Virus record (IMG/VR): IMGVR_UViG_3300032233_001776
Location: 1 to 48,422 of that record
From: a virus
Taxonomy: Duplodnaviria > Caudoviricetes
DNA length: 48,422 nucleotides
Reading direction: 5' to 3' (one strand)
The stretch's first letter is position 1. Each line of letters opens with the position of its first letter. The notes beneath the pieces were generated by a model, which had not been told where the DNA came from, did no database searches, and saw nothing but the letters and a program-made list of their open reading frames with translations. Of the stretch, positions 8,649 through 14,655 are shown in pieces. The translations under genes were made by a program, and so were the position numbers.

Positions 8649-8661
8649 TTTACCACACACA

Positions 8662-8898
8662 ATGACTTATTTGTATATTGTTGATCACTACATTCCATTT
8701 CCTTCTTCTGAGTACGGTGGCGTATGGAATGTGATTGCACAGAACGATGATGAGTGCTTTGATCTTATTACTGAAGACGATGATGATAATTATTATGAGA
8801 CGTATTATTCACATCTGAAAAAGAACATTCGGAATGCACGAAAATTCGCTCTTGCAGATGATATTCCATCAGTAGTCGTTGAATCGTTCACGACATGA
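8662..8898 (+). CDS. hypothetical phage protein
   Basis: ORF track; YIVDHYIPFPSSEYGGVWNVIA. Confidence 0.75.
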   Translation: MTYLYIVDHYIPFPSSEYGGVWNVIAQNDDECFDLITEDDDDNYYETYYSHLKKNIRNARKFALADDIPSVVVESFTT

Positions 8899-9089
8899 AG
8901 CATGATACCTTTGCTCCTGGTATTCTGGTTCAGTACAAAGATTACATGGGACGTATTGACTTCCTGGGCGAAGAATACTTTACTCTTTGCCTGGATGATC
9001 GATCAACTTCACCAGTGAATCATGTTTGTATTTTAGTTTATAAACAGTATTGGAATGAAGTCACACTGATGAAACAATCCTCCAAATGA
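8895..9089 (+). CDS. hypothetical phage protein
   Basis: ORF track; ATGA overlaps at both ends. Confidence 0.7.
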   Translation: MKHDTFAPGILVQYKDYMGRIDFLGEEYFTLCLDDRSTSPVNHVCILVYKQYWNEVTLMKQSSK

Positions 9090-9244
9090 AATTCAAAATT
9101 GTTTATCTAAAACCAAAGAAAAAGAAGAATCACTATTCACAACAACAAGTGGTATTCTATGATGAACGTGATGCTCTAAACTGGAGTCACTATATACAAA
9201 AACAAAACTGTAAGGACATTGAAATCATTCCAGTATTCTCATGA
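9086..9244 (+). CDS. hypothetical protein (52 aa)
   Basis: MKFKIVYLKPKKKKNHYSQQQVVFYD...; ATGA overlaps at both ends. Confidence 0.7.
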   Translation: MKFKIVYLKPKKKKNHYSQQQVVFYDERDALNWSHYIQKQNCKDIEIIPVFS

Positions 9245-9645
9245 CTGACTATCCATCTATTCTAAAACAAGGAAAGAACTTAATTAACTTTCTATCGGAC
9301 GTTGCGTCGAATCAAGGTCCAATGTTTGTGAGTGATGATGTAAAACAACAAAGATTAAACATTTGTAAGTCATGTGAGTATTATGATGCCAAACAAATCA
9401 GATGTAAACACTGTGGTTGCTTTCTGGAACATAAGGCATCGTTTGCATTAGATTCATGTCCGATTCATAAGTGGAATGCAATGGAACAAGAAATTACAAC
9501 AGAAGAAGAACCAATTGATCATAGTATACCAACATTTCCTGATGATCCACAAGTGAATAATGTGTATACATGGAATGAAATCTCATGGACTTGGAACGGT
9601 ACAATGTGGGAACTAAATACTACAACACTTCCAGAATCAAAATGA
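9241..9645 (+). CDS. Cys-rich putative metal-binding protein with Trp-rich C-terminal module
   Basis: RLNICKSC...RCKHCGCF...CPIHKW, then FPDDPQVNNVYTWNEISWTWNGTMW. Confidence 0.75.
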   Translation: MTDYPSILKQGKNLINFLSDVASNQGPMFVSDDVKQQRLNICKSCEYYDAKQIRCKHCGCFLEHKASFALDSCPIHKWNAMEQEITTEEEPIDHSIPTFPDDPQVNNVYTWNEISWTWNGTMWELNTTTLPESK

Positions 9646-9935
9646 ATCATTACTCCGTGCAAGATGCATATAGTGCCATGTATGGTGAGAGAGAAAAGAA
9701 AGATCCTACTATACAAGGTGCCTATGATTCAATGTATGAAGAGAAGGATCATGAAGTGTCGATGATTCGTGCTCAATTACATTCGATTCAAAAGTCATGT
9801 GAATCATTGATGAAACAAATGGAAGGAGAAGAATCAAACGTAGAAGCATGGGTACAGGCTAAGATTACTACAGCAGCCGAAACATTACATGCTGCTGCTA
9901 ATTATATTGAAAGTGGAGAATCAAAAGTAAAATGA
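9642..9935 (+). CDS. probable late internal head protein
   Basis: Late-promoter-like ACTAAATA at 9612-9619. Duplicated (D/G)AY-x2-MY-x-E leader; DHEVSM...AWVQAKIT. Confidence 0.6.
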   Translation: MNHYSVQDAYSAMYGEREKKDPTIQGAYDSMYEEKDHEVSMIRAQLHSIQKSCESLMKQMEGEESNVEAWVQAKITTAAETLHAAANYIESGESKVK

Positions 9936-10120
9936 CTGAAATACATCCAATTCGTCAAGTCGCAGCATCTGCCTATTCCATGTATATGAAGAGTGGTGGT
10001 AGTCAACTCAGTCCAGATACTGCATTTGATATTGCAGAAGGTTATGCACTTGAGAATCCCAATGCTACCATACCCGAAGCAATTCATGAAGTATATTTGT
10101 TATTGATGGCTGAAGATTGA
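9932..10120 (+). CDS. hypothetical phage protein
   Basis: ORF track; ATGA overlap. Confidence 0.65.
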   Translation: MTEIHPIRQVAASAYSMYMKSGGSQLSPDTAFDIAEGYALENPNATIPEAIHEVYLLLMAED

Positions 10121-10238
10121 TAAAAATAATTTATTTTATTAATTAATTAAATGTATTAAAAAACTATATGTATTGTTGTGTGTATTGTGGAAAAAGTGTG
10201 GAAAAAGGTATCGAATACTGCGGAATAACTGTGGAATG
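10121..10238. other. AT-rich tract with adjacent DnaA-box array (origin-like, left arm)
   Basis: 10121-10170 is almost purely A/T. TGTGGAAAA at 10186 and 10197, TGCGGAATA at 10219, TGTGGAATG at 10230 (offsets are multiples of 11 bp). Confidence 0.6.
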
Positions 10239-10357
10239 TGTCTTTAATGCCTTTAAATGTGTCTGAGCCTTGTGCGCCTAGCGAGCAATACATAAGACGC
10301 CCAGTTTGTCAAGCCCCACCCGCCGAAAATTCACAAATCCTCACAAGGCTCATAAAA

Positions 10358-10585
10358 TCTCGACGAGACGCATATATACCTACAACATTCTCGACGAGAA
10401 CGCATCTAGACGAGACACATCATCAAGTGTCACATCTAGTTCTCCTATCTCGACGAGTTATGTGCTATAATACACAAGCACTCACAGGATCTCGACGAGC
10501 TATGTACGACGACTACGATCTCGACTATACATACACGAACGATTACGCACAGGATCTCGACGAGTACACATATGATCTCGACGAG
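10358..10585. repeat. cluster of interrupted palindromes TCTCG-A-CGAG(A)
   Basis: TCTCGACGAG starts at 10358, 10389, 10448, 10490, 10555 and 10576; variant TCTAGACGAGA at 10405. Confidence 0.9.
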
Positions 10586-10642
10586 GATTATGCACGTGAC
10601 GCAGGCGGCTATGATGCCCTTGCGTATCGTCATTATGCATGA
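10502..10642 (+). CDS. small Asp/Tyr-rich acidic peptide (46 aa)
   Basis: MYDDYDLDYTYTNDYAQDLDEYTYDLDEDY..., preceded by TGC-TATAAT (10466-10471) and AGGA. Confidence 0.65.
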   Translation: MYDDYDLDYTYTNDYAQDLDEYTYDLDEDYARDAGGYDALAYRHYA

Positions 10643-10671
10643 TATAATCTAGACATACACACGGAGGCATC

Positions 10672-10830
10672 ATGAGTATCACACAGAAGCGTCAGGTACA
10701 GGTTACACTGGAATTGGATGTATATGATGATCTACACCTGGAAGACATGAACTGGGAGGAACTCCTAGGTCTTGAGGGTGATGAGAGAGTCTCACATTAT
10801 AGCATAAGAGAGCTGGCTGACGCCATCTGA
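10672..10830 (+). CDS. small acidic hypothetical protein (52 aa)
   Basis: MSITQKRQVQVTLELDVYDDL...; TGA-TATAAT (10643-10648) and GGAGG SD upstream. Confidence 0.75.
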   Translation: MSITQKRQVQVTLELDVYDDLHLEDMNWEELLGLEGDERVSHYSIRELADAI

Positions 10831-10851
10831 TGTGACAGTTGAGTGAGTGGT

Positions 10852-10893
10852 TTCTCCCCAGGTTCTCCACAAGTTTTCCACAGGTTTTCCACA
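10852..10893. repeat. DnaA-box array (right arm, opposite orientation)
   Basis: TTCTCCCCA 10852, TTCTCCACA 10863, TTTTCCACA 10874, TTTTCCACA 10885: exact 11-bp pitch. Confidence 0.65.
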
Positions 10894-10896
10894 GGC

Positions 10897-10957
10897 TGTG
10901 ACGATCTGAGAACCGGCACAATGTCCCTTGCACATGTGAGGGACTTTCGGTTATGTT
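10897..10957 (+). promoter_or_regulatory. early promoter cassette (palindrome, hairpin, -35/-10)
   Basis: TGTGACGATC-TGAG-AACCGGCACA; GTCCCT/AGGGAC stem over TTGCAC; TATGTT. Confidence 0.75.
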
Positions 10958-10979
10958 GGGTTCGTTCCTGAGAAACCTC

Positions 10980-11348
10980 ATGACTTCTGCTTTTCTCACC
11001 AAAGACTTCAGTGCCTACTGTGCTGAGCAAACTGCAAAGAACACTTTGCATCTGAATGTAATAAAGTGGACCTGGATGCTTTGTGATGCTCTGCGTCATG
11101 CTGCTCCTGATGGTTATGACTACATCTTCGAGTCTGGCACCAAGTATCACAAGATCATTATGGTTGATGATTCTGTTCGCAAGAATCGTTCGGTTCATGC
11201 ATTCGTTGATAAGAAGACTGGTGAGGTATATAAAGCTGCTGGTTGGAAAGCACCTGCTAAAGGTGTAAGATTTGATCTACGATTGATTGAACAACGTGAA
11301 TGGTTGTTTCAGAATGCTGATTGGGCTGGTGGTTATTTGTATAAGTAA
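10980..11348 (+). CDS. phage early protein of unknown function
   Basis: KYHKII...SVHAFVDKKTGEVYKAAGWKAPAKGVRFDL...ADWAGGYLY; ATG follows the cassette promoter. Confidence 0.8.
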   Translation: MTSAFLTKDFSAYCAEQTAKNTLHLNVIKWTWMLCDALRHAAPDGYDYIFESGTKYHKIIMVDDSVRKNRSVHAFVDKKTGEVYKAAGWKAPAKGVRFDLRLIEQREWLFQNADWAGGYLYK

Positions 11349-11404
11349 CCAGTTACCAAACTGGCACAAGGGGGATTGCGGTTCGCCGTGATCCCTGTTA
11401 CATT
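11345..11404 (+). promoter_or_regulatory. early promoter cassette
   Basis: CCAGTT-ACCA-AACTGGCACA; hairpin GGGATTGCGG-TTCG-CCGTGATCCC; TTGCGG-17-TACATT. Confidence 0.75.
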
Positions 11405-11426
11405 ACATTCGTTCCTGAGAAATCCA

Positions 11427-11633
11427 ATGGTTTTCGCCATCTCCAAACTCAACAACTGCACCTACAAACTGGATGCAAACAATCAGCGAGTTCTGATGTA
11501 TGCTCCGCTGCTGCCCGATGGTTCATACGAAACCGCAGGATCTGCCTATGATTGGGTAGAGTGGGATCGTCTGGATGGTGATATCCTGGAAGAAGCAGAT
11601 CGAATTCACAAACTGCTGCTGGCGGAAGTGTGA
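11427..11633 (+). CDS. hypothetical early protein
   Basis: ATG follows the cassette promoter; the stop codon is supplied by the next palindrome. Confidence 0.75.
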   Translation: MVFAISKLNNCTYKLDANNQRVLMYAPLLPDGSYETAGSAYDWVEWDRLDGDILEEADRIHKLLLAEV

Positions 11634-11688
11634 CGATCTGAGAACTGGCACAAGGGGGCTTGCACAGCCCCCCAATCCGTTCTACATT
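11629..11688 (+). promoter_or_regulatory. early promoter cassette
   Basis: TGTGACGATC-TGAG-AACTGGCACA; GGGGGCT-TGCAC-AGCCCCC; TTGCAC-17-TACATT. Confidence 0.8.
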
Positions 11689-11715
11689 ACATTCGTTCGC
11701 CACTCACAACACAAC

Positions 11716-12126
11716 ATGGCAACTCGTGCTCGTATTGGTATCGAACTCTCTAATGGTTCTGTGCTCTCTGCCTATCATCATTGGGATGGTTATGAGTCTT
11801 GGTTGGGTAGAATTCTGAACACTCACTACAACACCAAAGATAAAGTTGCAGAACTGATTGATGGTGGTGATATGAATTCTGCCTGGACTAATGCTGGTTT
11901 CAACAATGAAACTGTTGCTCAAGGGGCACTCTATTATTCTGCTCGTGGTGAGAATCGCCCTCCTCGCCTTGATGATGATCTGTGTGAGTATCTGCTTCCT
12001 GATAACAGCGAAGAGTATGCTTATCTGTTCCGCAATGGTGAATGGGTGTGCTACAACATGCACCAGTTTGATGATAGCAAACTTCCCGAAGTTGTTGAGA
12101 TTCCAGCTGGAGCATTAGCAGTCTAG
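11716..12126 (+). CDS. phage early protein of unknown function (YxHWDGY motif)
   Basis: MATRARIGI...SAYHHWDGY...EEYAYLF...W. Confidence 0.8.
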   Translation: MATRARIGIELSNGSVLSAYHHWDGYESWLGRILNTHYNTKDKVAELIDGGDMNSAWTNAGFNNETVAQGALYYSARGENRPPRLDDDLCEYLLPDNSEEYAYLFRNGEWVCYNMHQFDDSKLPEVVEIPAGALAV

Positions 12127-12147
12127 TCTAGATTGCACACATACAAA

Positions 12148-12190
12148 TCTCGTCGAGACATACATCATACTACACACATCTCGACGAGAT
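12148..12190. repeat. second cluster of TCTCG-(A/T)-CGAGA palindromes
   Basis: TCTCGTCGAGA at 12148 and ATCTCGACGAGAT at 12178, amid CA-rich sequence and TCTAG words. Confidence 0.85.
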
Positions 12191-12201
12191 ACACACACAT
12201 C

Positions 12202-12229
12202 TAGACGGGCACTATGCCCGTCTATTTTT
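12202..12229 (+). terminator. intrinsic terminator
   Basis: TAGACGGGCA-CTA-TGCCCGTCTA followed by TTTTT. Confidence 0.75.
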
Positions 12230-12245
12230 ATGCATACGCATCTAG

Positions 12246-12305
12246 TGTGCCAGTGCGTAAAGCGTCACACAGGGGCACACAGGTGCCGCACACGTGCCTT
12301 ATGAT
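12246..12305 (+). promoter_or_regulatory. early promoter cassette
   Basis: TGTGCCAGTG-CGTA-AAGCGTCACA; GGCAC/GTGCC stem; TATGAT 30 bp downstream. Confidence 0.7.
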
Positions 12306-12330
12306 AAGCAAGTCAACCACACGACACATC

Positions 12331-12543
12331 ATGAAGATCATCTACACCAAGCAAAATGCTAAAGGTGGCTATAATGAAGTCGGCATGACTGATCGAGGAT
12401 TAACTTCTGCTTATTCTACAACTTCTGGGTTCATCCGTTATGGTATCCCTGCCAACTTCTATGGTAACACCTTGCGGCTGGAAGTGTGGTATGGTGATAG
12501 CATCCACGGGGATGCAGACAAAACCATGTATGTGACAGTCTGA
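12331..12543 (+). CDS. hypothetical early protein
   Basis: MKIIYTKQNAKGGYNEVGM... after the CAAGTCAACC leader. Confidence 0.75.
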   Translation: MKIIYTKQNAKGGYNEVGMTDRGLTSAYSTTSGFIRYGIPANFYGNTLRLEVWYGDSIHGDADKTMYVTV

Positions 12544-12590
12544 GAACTGTCACAATGGGGATTGCGAGTTTCCCAGCCCCCTGCAATACT
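12531..12590 (+). promoter_or_regulatory. early promoter cassette
   Basis: TGTGACAGTC-TGAG-AACTGTCACA (near-perfect palindrome); TTGCGA-17-AATACT. Confidence 0.75.
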
Positions 12591-12615
12591 TAACAAGTCA
12601 ACCAAACGACACATC

Positions 12616-12753
12616 ATGAGTACTGAAGCACTTCTCCTGGAAGATCTCAACACCGGGGACATTTTTGATCTTGAAGAACAAGAACTCTTCAAGAGTGAAG
12701 ATGACTCAGAGAAAACATTTCAAGCCTTTTTAAACTCAAACTGGGATTTCTAA
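12616..12753 (+). CDS. small acidic early protein (45 aa)
   Basis: MSTEALLLEDLNTGDIFDLEEQ...FLNSNWDF. Confidence 0.7.
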   Translation: MSTEALLLEDLNTGDIFDLEEQELFKSEDDSEKTFQAFLNSNWDF

Positions 12754-13007
12754 TGAACCGCACACTTCAACAACTCAAAGAGAGCGTAGAGCGTTTGATT
12801 GAGCAACAAGGAGCAGAAGCATCTTGTGCTGCATTCATCTTCACCAAAGAGGATGTATTTGAGATGGATGAGAATGGCGAAGAGGTGTATTTCAATGAGG
12901 AAATCACTAACAAAGTTCTTCGCAATTTGGATGAGTCCGATTACATTTTGGAGCAGGCATTTGACTGCATTGAAGATTACATTCGTGTTGCTGGAGTATT
13001 AAACTAA
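12753..13007 (+). CDS. acidic hypothetical protein
   Basis: ORF track; TAATG overlap. Confidence 0.75.
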   Translation: MNRTLQQLKESVERLIEQQGAEASCAAFIFTKEDVFEMDENGEEVYFNEEITNKVLRNLDESDYILEQAFDCIEDYIRVAGVLN

Positions 13008-13132
13008 TGATTGACACTTACACTTTCACTGGCGACACTGTGACAGTTCTAGGACTGGTCGGTGTCATCTCCACTGGCATCATCGTGGTGCTATGCTTCA
13101 CTCGTTACTTCAATTCTCCCCTAAGGAAATGA
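13007..13132 (+). CDS. small single-pass membrane protein (41 aa)
   Basis: MIDTYTFTGDTVTVLGLVGVISTGIIVVLCFTRYFNSPLRK; TAATG and ATGA overlaps. Confidence 0.65.
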   Translation: MIDTYTFTGDTVTVLGLVGVISTGIIVVLCFTRYFNSPLRK

Positions 13133-13275
13133 ACTTTCTCACTCCTGATGATCTCAACAATCTCATTCGTCTGGTTGAAGATAACAACCAATACAACGAC
13201 GATGATGATAAAGAGTTCTGGGATGATGTGCTGATCAGGTTACAACAAACCTATCGGCACTGCCTGGACGTGTGA
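13129..13275 (+). CDS. small acidic hypothetical protein (48 aa)
   Basis: MNFLTPDDLNNLIRLVED...; stop lies inside the next palindrome. Confidence 0.7.
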   Translation: MNFLTPDDLNNLIRLVEDNNQYNDDDDKEFWDDVLIRLQQTYRHCLDV

Positions 13276-13330
13276 CAGCTGGGGAAGTGGCACACACTCC
13301 CTAGACAATTCTCCCCGCTTCATTCAAACT
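13271..13330 (+). promoter_or_regulatory. early promoter cassette
   Basis: TGTGACAGCT-GGGG-AAGTGGCACA; TAGACA-17-CAAACT. Confidence 0.7.
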
Positions 13331-13354
13331 ACCCAAGTCAACCAAACAAACACC

Positions 13355-13474
13355 ATGACACTTGAACTTGCTACCGCCCTGCTCAACAAAGCCAGCACGG
13401 GTGATGAGATCCTTGCCATCCTGGATAGCATCATCCAAGATCTCCAACCAGTTGAAGAACTGGCACAAGCCTGA
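13355..13474 (+). CDS. small hypothetical early protein (39 aa)
   Basis: MTLELATALLNKASTGDEILAILDSII... after the CAAGTCAACC leader. Confidence 0.7.
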   Translation: MTLELATALLNKASTGDEILAILDSIIQDLQPVEELAQA

Positions 13475-13503
13475 TAGACAACCCGCCCAATCCGGGCTAT
13501 ATT
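13444..13503 (+). promoter_or_regulatory. early promoter cassette
   Basis: CCAGTT-GAAG-AACTGGCACA; TAGACA-17-TATATT. Confidence 0.75.
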
Positions 13504-13574
13504 GATTACATCAAGCGGGGGTGAAGCATCCCGCTCAAAAAACTTCACTAACCCACTATCCCTTAAACTACATC

Positions 13575-13793
13575 ATGTTCAAATTCACCTCTTCCGCTGT
13601 TGAATCTATCTCTGATATGAACGGCGATCAAGTCACTGTTACCTTCAACGGTGGACGTGACTATACCTACCGGGCTGCTGCTCCTGAAACTTTCGTTAGC
13701 CAACTTAACGAAGTGATTGCAACTCAGCAGTCGGTGGGCGGCTTTATCAACAAAGCCATCCGCAACGATCAGCTTCTGAACGTCGCCGCCTGA
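13575..13793 (+). CDS. KTSC-domain-like protein
   Basis: SSAVESI...VTVTFNGGRDYTY...SVGGFINKAIR follows the KTSC pattern. Confidence 0.65.
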   Translation: MFKFTSSAVESISDMNGDQVTVTFNGGRDYTYRAAAPETFVSQLNEVIATQQSVGGFINKAIRNDQLLNVAA

Positions 13794-13800
13794 TAGGATG

Positions 13801-13827
13801 GGGGAGCTTCGGCTCCCCTTTCTTTTT
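13801..13827 (+). terminator. intrinsic terminator
   Basis: GGGGAGC-TTCG-GCTCCCC followed by TTTCTTTTT. Confidence 0.85.
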
Positions 13828-13830
13828 ACC

Positions 13831-13965
13831 ATGAAACGCTTTCTCCTGATTCTGCTGCTGGGCTGGGGGGCGATCCGCCTTGCTGATGCCGCCCACAATC
13901 AAAACATTTCAGACTGTAACGCTCTCAACCGGGTTGCTCCTGCTGCTTGCCAGATGCCCCGTTGA
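13831..13965 (+). CDS. small secreted or membrane peptide (44 aa)
   Basis: Signal-like MKRFLLILLLGWGAIRLADA, two Cys. Confidence 0.6.
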   Translation: MKRFLLILLLGWGAIRLADAAHNQNISDCNALNRVAPAACQMPR

Positions 13966-14000
13966 GCTGCTACAATTCACAAGTCAACCGCACCGATCCG

Positions 14001-14186
14001 ATGCCTGCCACAATCCCCACCCCAACGCTTCGCCTGGCTCTGGTAAGTTGGAGGGGTGAGATCCTGCAACTGAGCACCAAGTATCCCGAACTCTACCCTG
14101 ACATCTGGGATCGCCTGGATGTCCTGGATTCTGCTCTGCTCGCCATCGACACCAGCACCAGCGTTGAGCTTGTGCCAGTCGCCTAG
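14001..14186 (+). CDS. hypothetical early protein
   Basis: ATG follows TTGCCA-18-TACAAT (13947-13976) and the CAAGTCAACC leader. Confidence 0.7.
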   Translation: MPATIPTPTLRLALVSWRGEILQLSTKYPELYPDIWDRLDVLDSALLAIDTSTSVELVPVA

Positions 14187-14230
14187 GTGGCACACGGGGG
14201 GCACACAGCCCCCCTTTCACCCCTTACACT
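14171..14230 (+). promoter_or_regulatory. early promoter cassette with both palindrome and G6/C6 hairpin
   Basis: TGTGCCAGTC-GCCT-AGGTGGCACA; GGGGGGC-ACACA-GCCCCCC; TACACT. Confidence 0.75.
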
Positions 14231-14258
14231 GAACAAGTCAACCACACGACACCCGACC

Positions 14259-14585
14259 ATGCGTAAGATCGAACAACGGATGAACGCTGCCATCATCGCC
14301 AAGCGTGACTGGAAGCAAGACAACACCGAAGTTAACTTCTCCAATGGTGTGAGTTTTGTATACCTCCACGGTAACAAGATTGCTGAGGTTGGTGAAGGTT
14401 TTGTCCGCCTCTATGATGGGGGATGGCAAACTGTTACCACCAAATCCCGCCTCAACGCTATTCTTCAGGTTCATGGAATCCCTGGTGAAGGTATATTCCA
14501 GAAGTCCTATCAGTGGTTCCTTCGTTCTAAGTGGGGCGAAGAATTCTCCACAATCCCATTCTTCTCTGGGATGCGGTTAGCTTAA
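14259..14585 (+). CDS. phage early protein of unknown function
   Basis: MRKIEQRMNAAI...VYLHGNKIA...DGGWQTVTTKSRLNAIL. Confidence 0.8.
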   Translation: MRKIEQRMNAAIIAKRDWKQDNTEVNFSNGVSFVYLHGNKIAEVGEGFVRLYDGGWQTVTTKSRLNAILQVHGIPGEGIFQKSYQWFLRSKWGEEFSTIPFFSGMRLA

Positions 14586-14592
14586 ACTTAAC

Positions 14593-14630
14593 GGGGGGGG
14601 CACCACAGCCCCCCTTTTTTGTGCTACAGT
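14593..14630 (+). promoter_or_regulatory. G/C-hairpin terminator-promoter element
   Basis: GGGGGGGGC-ACCACA-GCCCCCC-TTTTTT-GTGCTACAGT. Confidence 0.7.
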
Positions 14631-14655
14631 ATCCAAGCAACCAAGCAACCGCACC

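Noticed and set aside
10238-10501. N-terminal extension of the 134-aa ORF 10238..10642
   Set aside because: It runs through repeats and a promoter. The credible start is ATG 10502.
10358-10585. Mini-CRISPR from the TCTCGACGAG repeats
   Set aside because: The repeat is only 10-11 bp with irregular spacing (16-65 bp), and two copies are in a coding frame.
12531-12554. CRP or NtcA site for the TGTGA...TCACA palindrome
   Set aside because: CRP needs TGTGA-N6-TCACA and NtcA needs GTA-N8-TAC. Here the spacing is N14 with additional conserved inner arms.
10831-14194. True integron with attC sites, or a site-specific recombinase system
   Set aside because: No integrase is in the window and there are no attC R-box ends. 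The fixed distance to -10 boxes favours a transcription-factor site.
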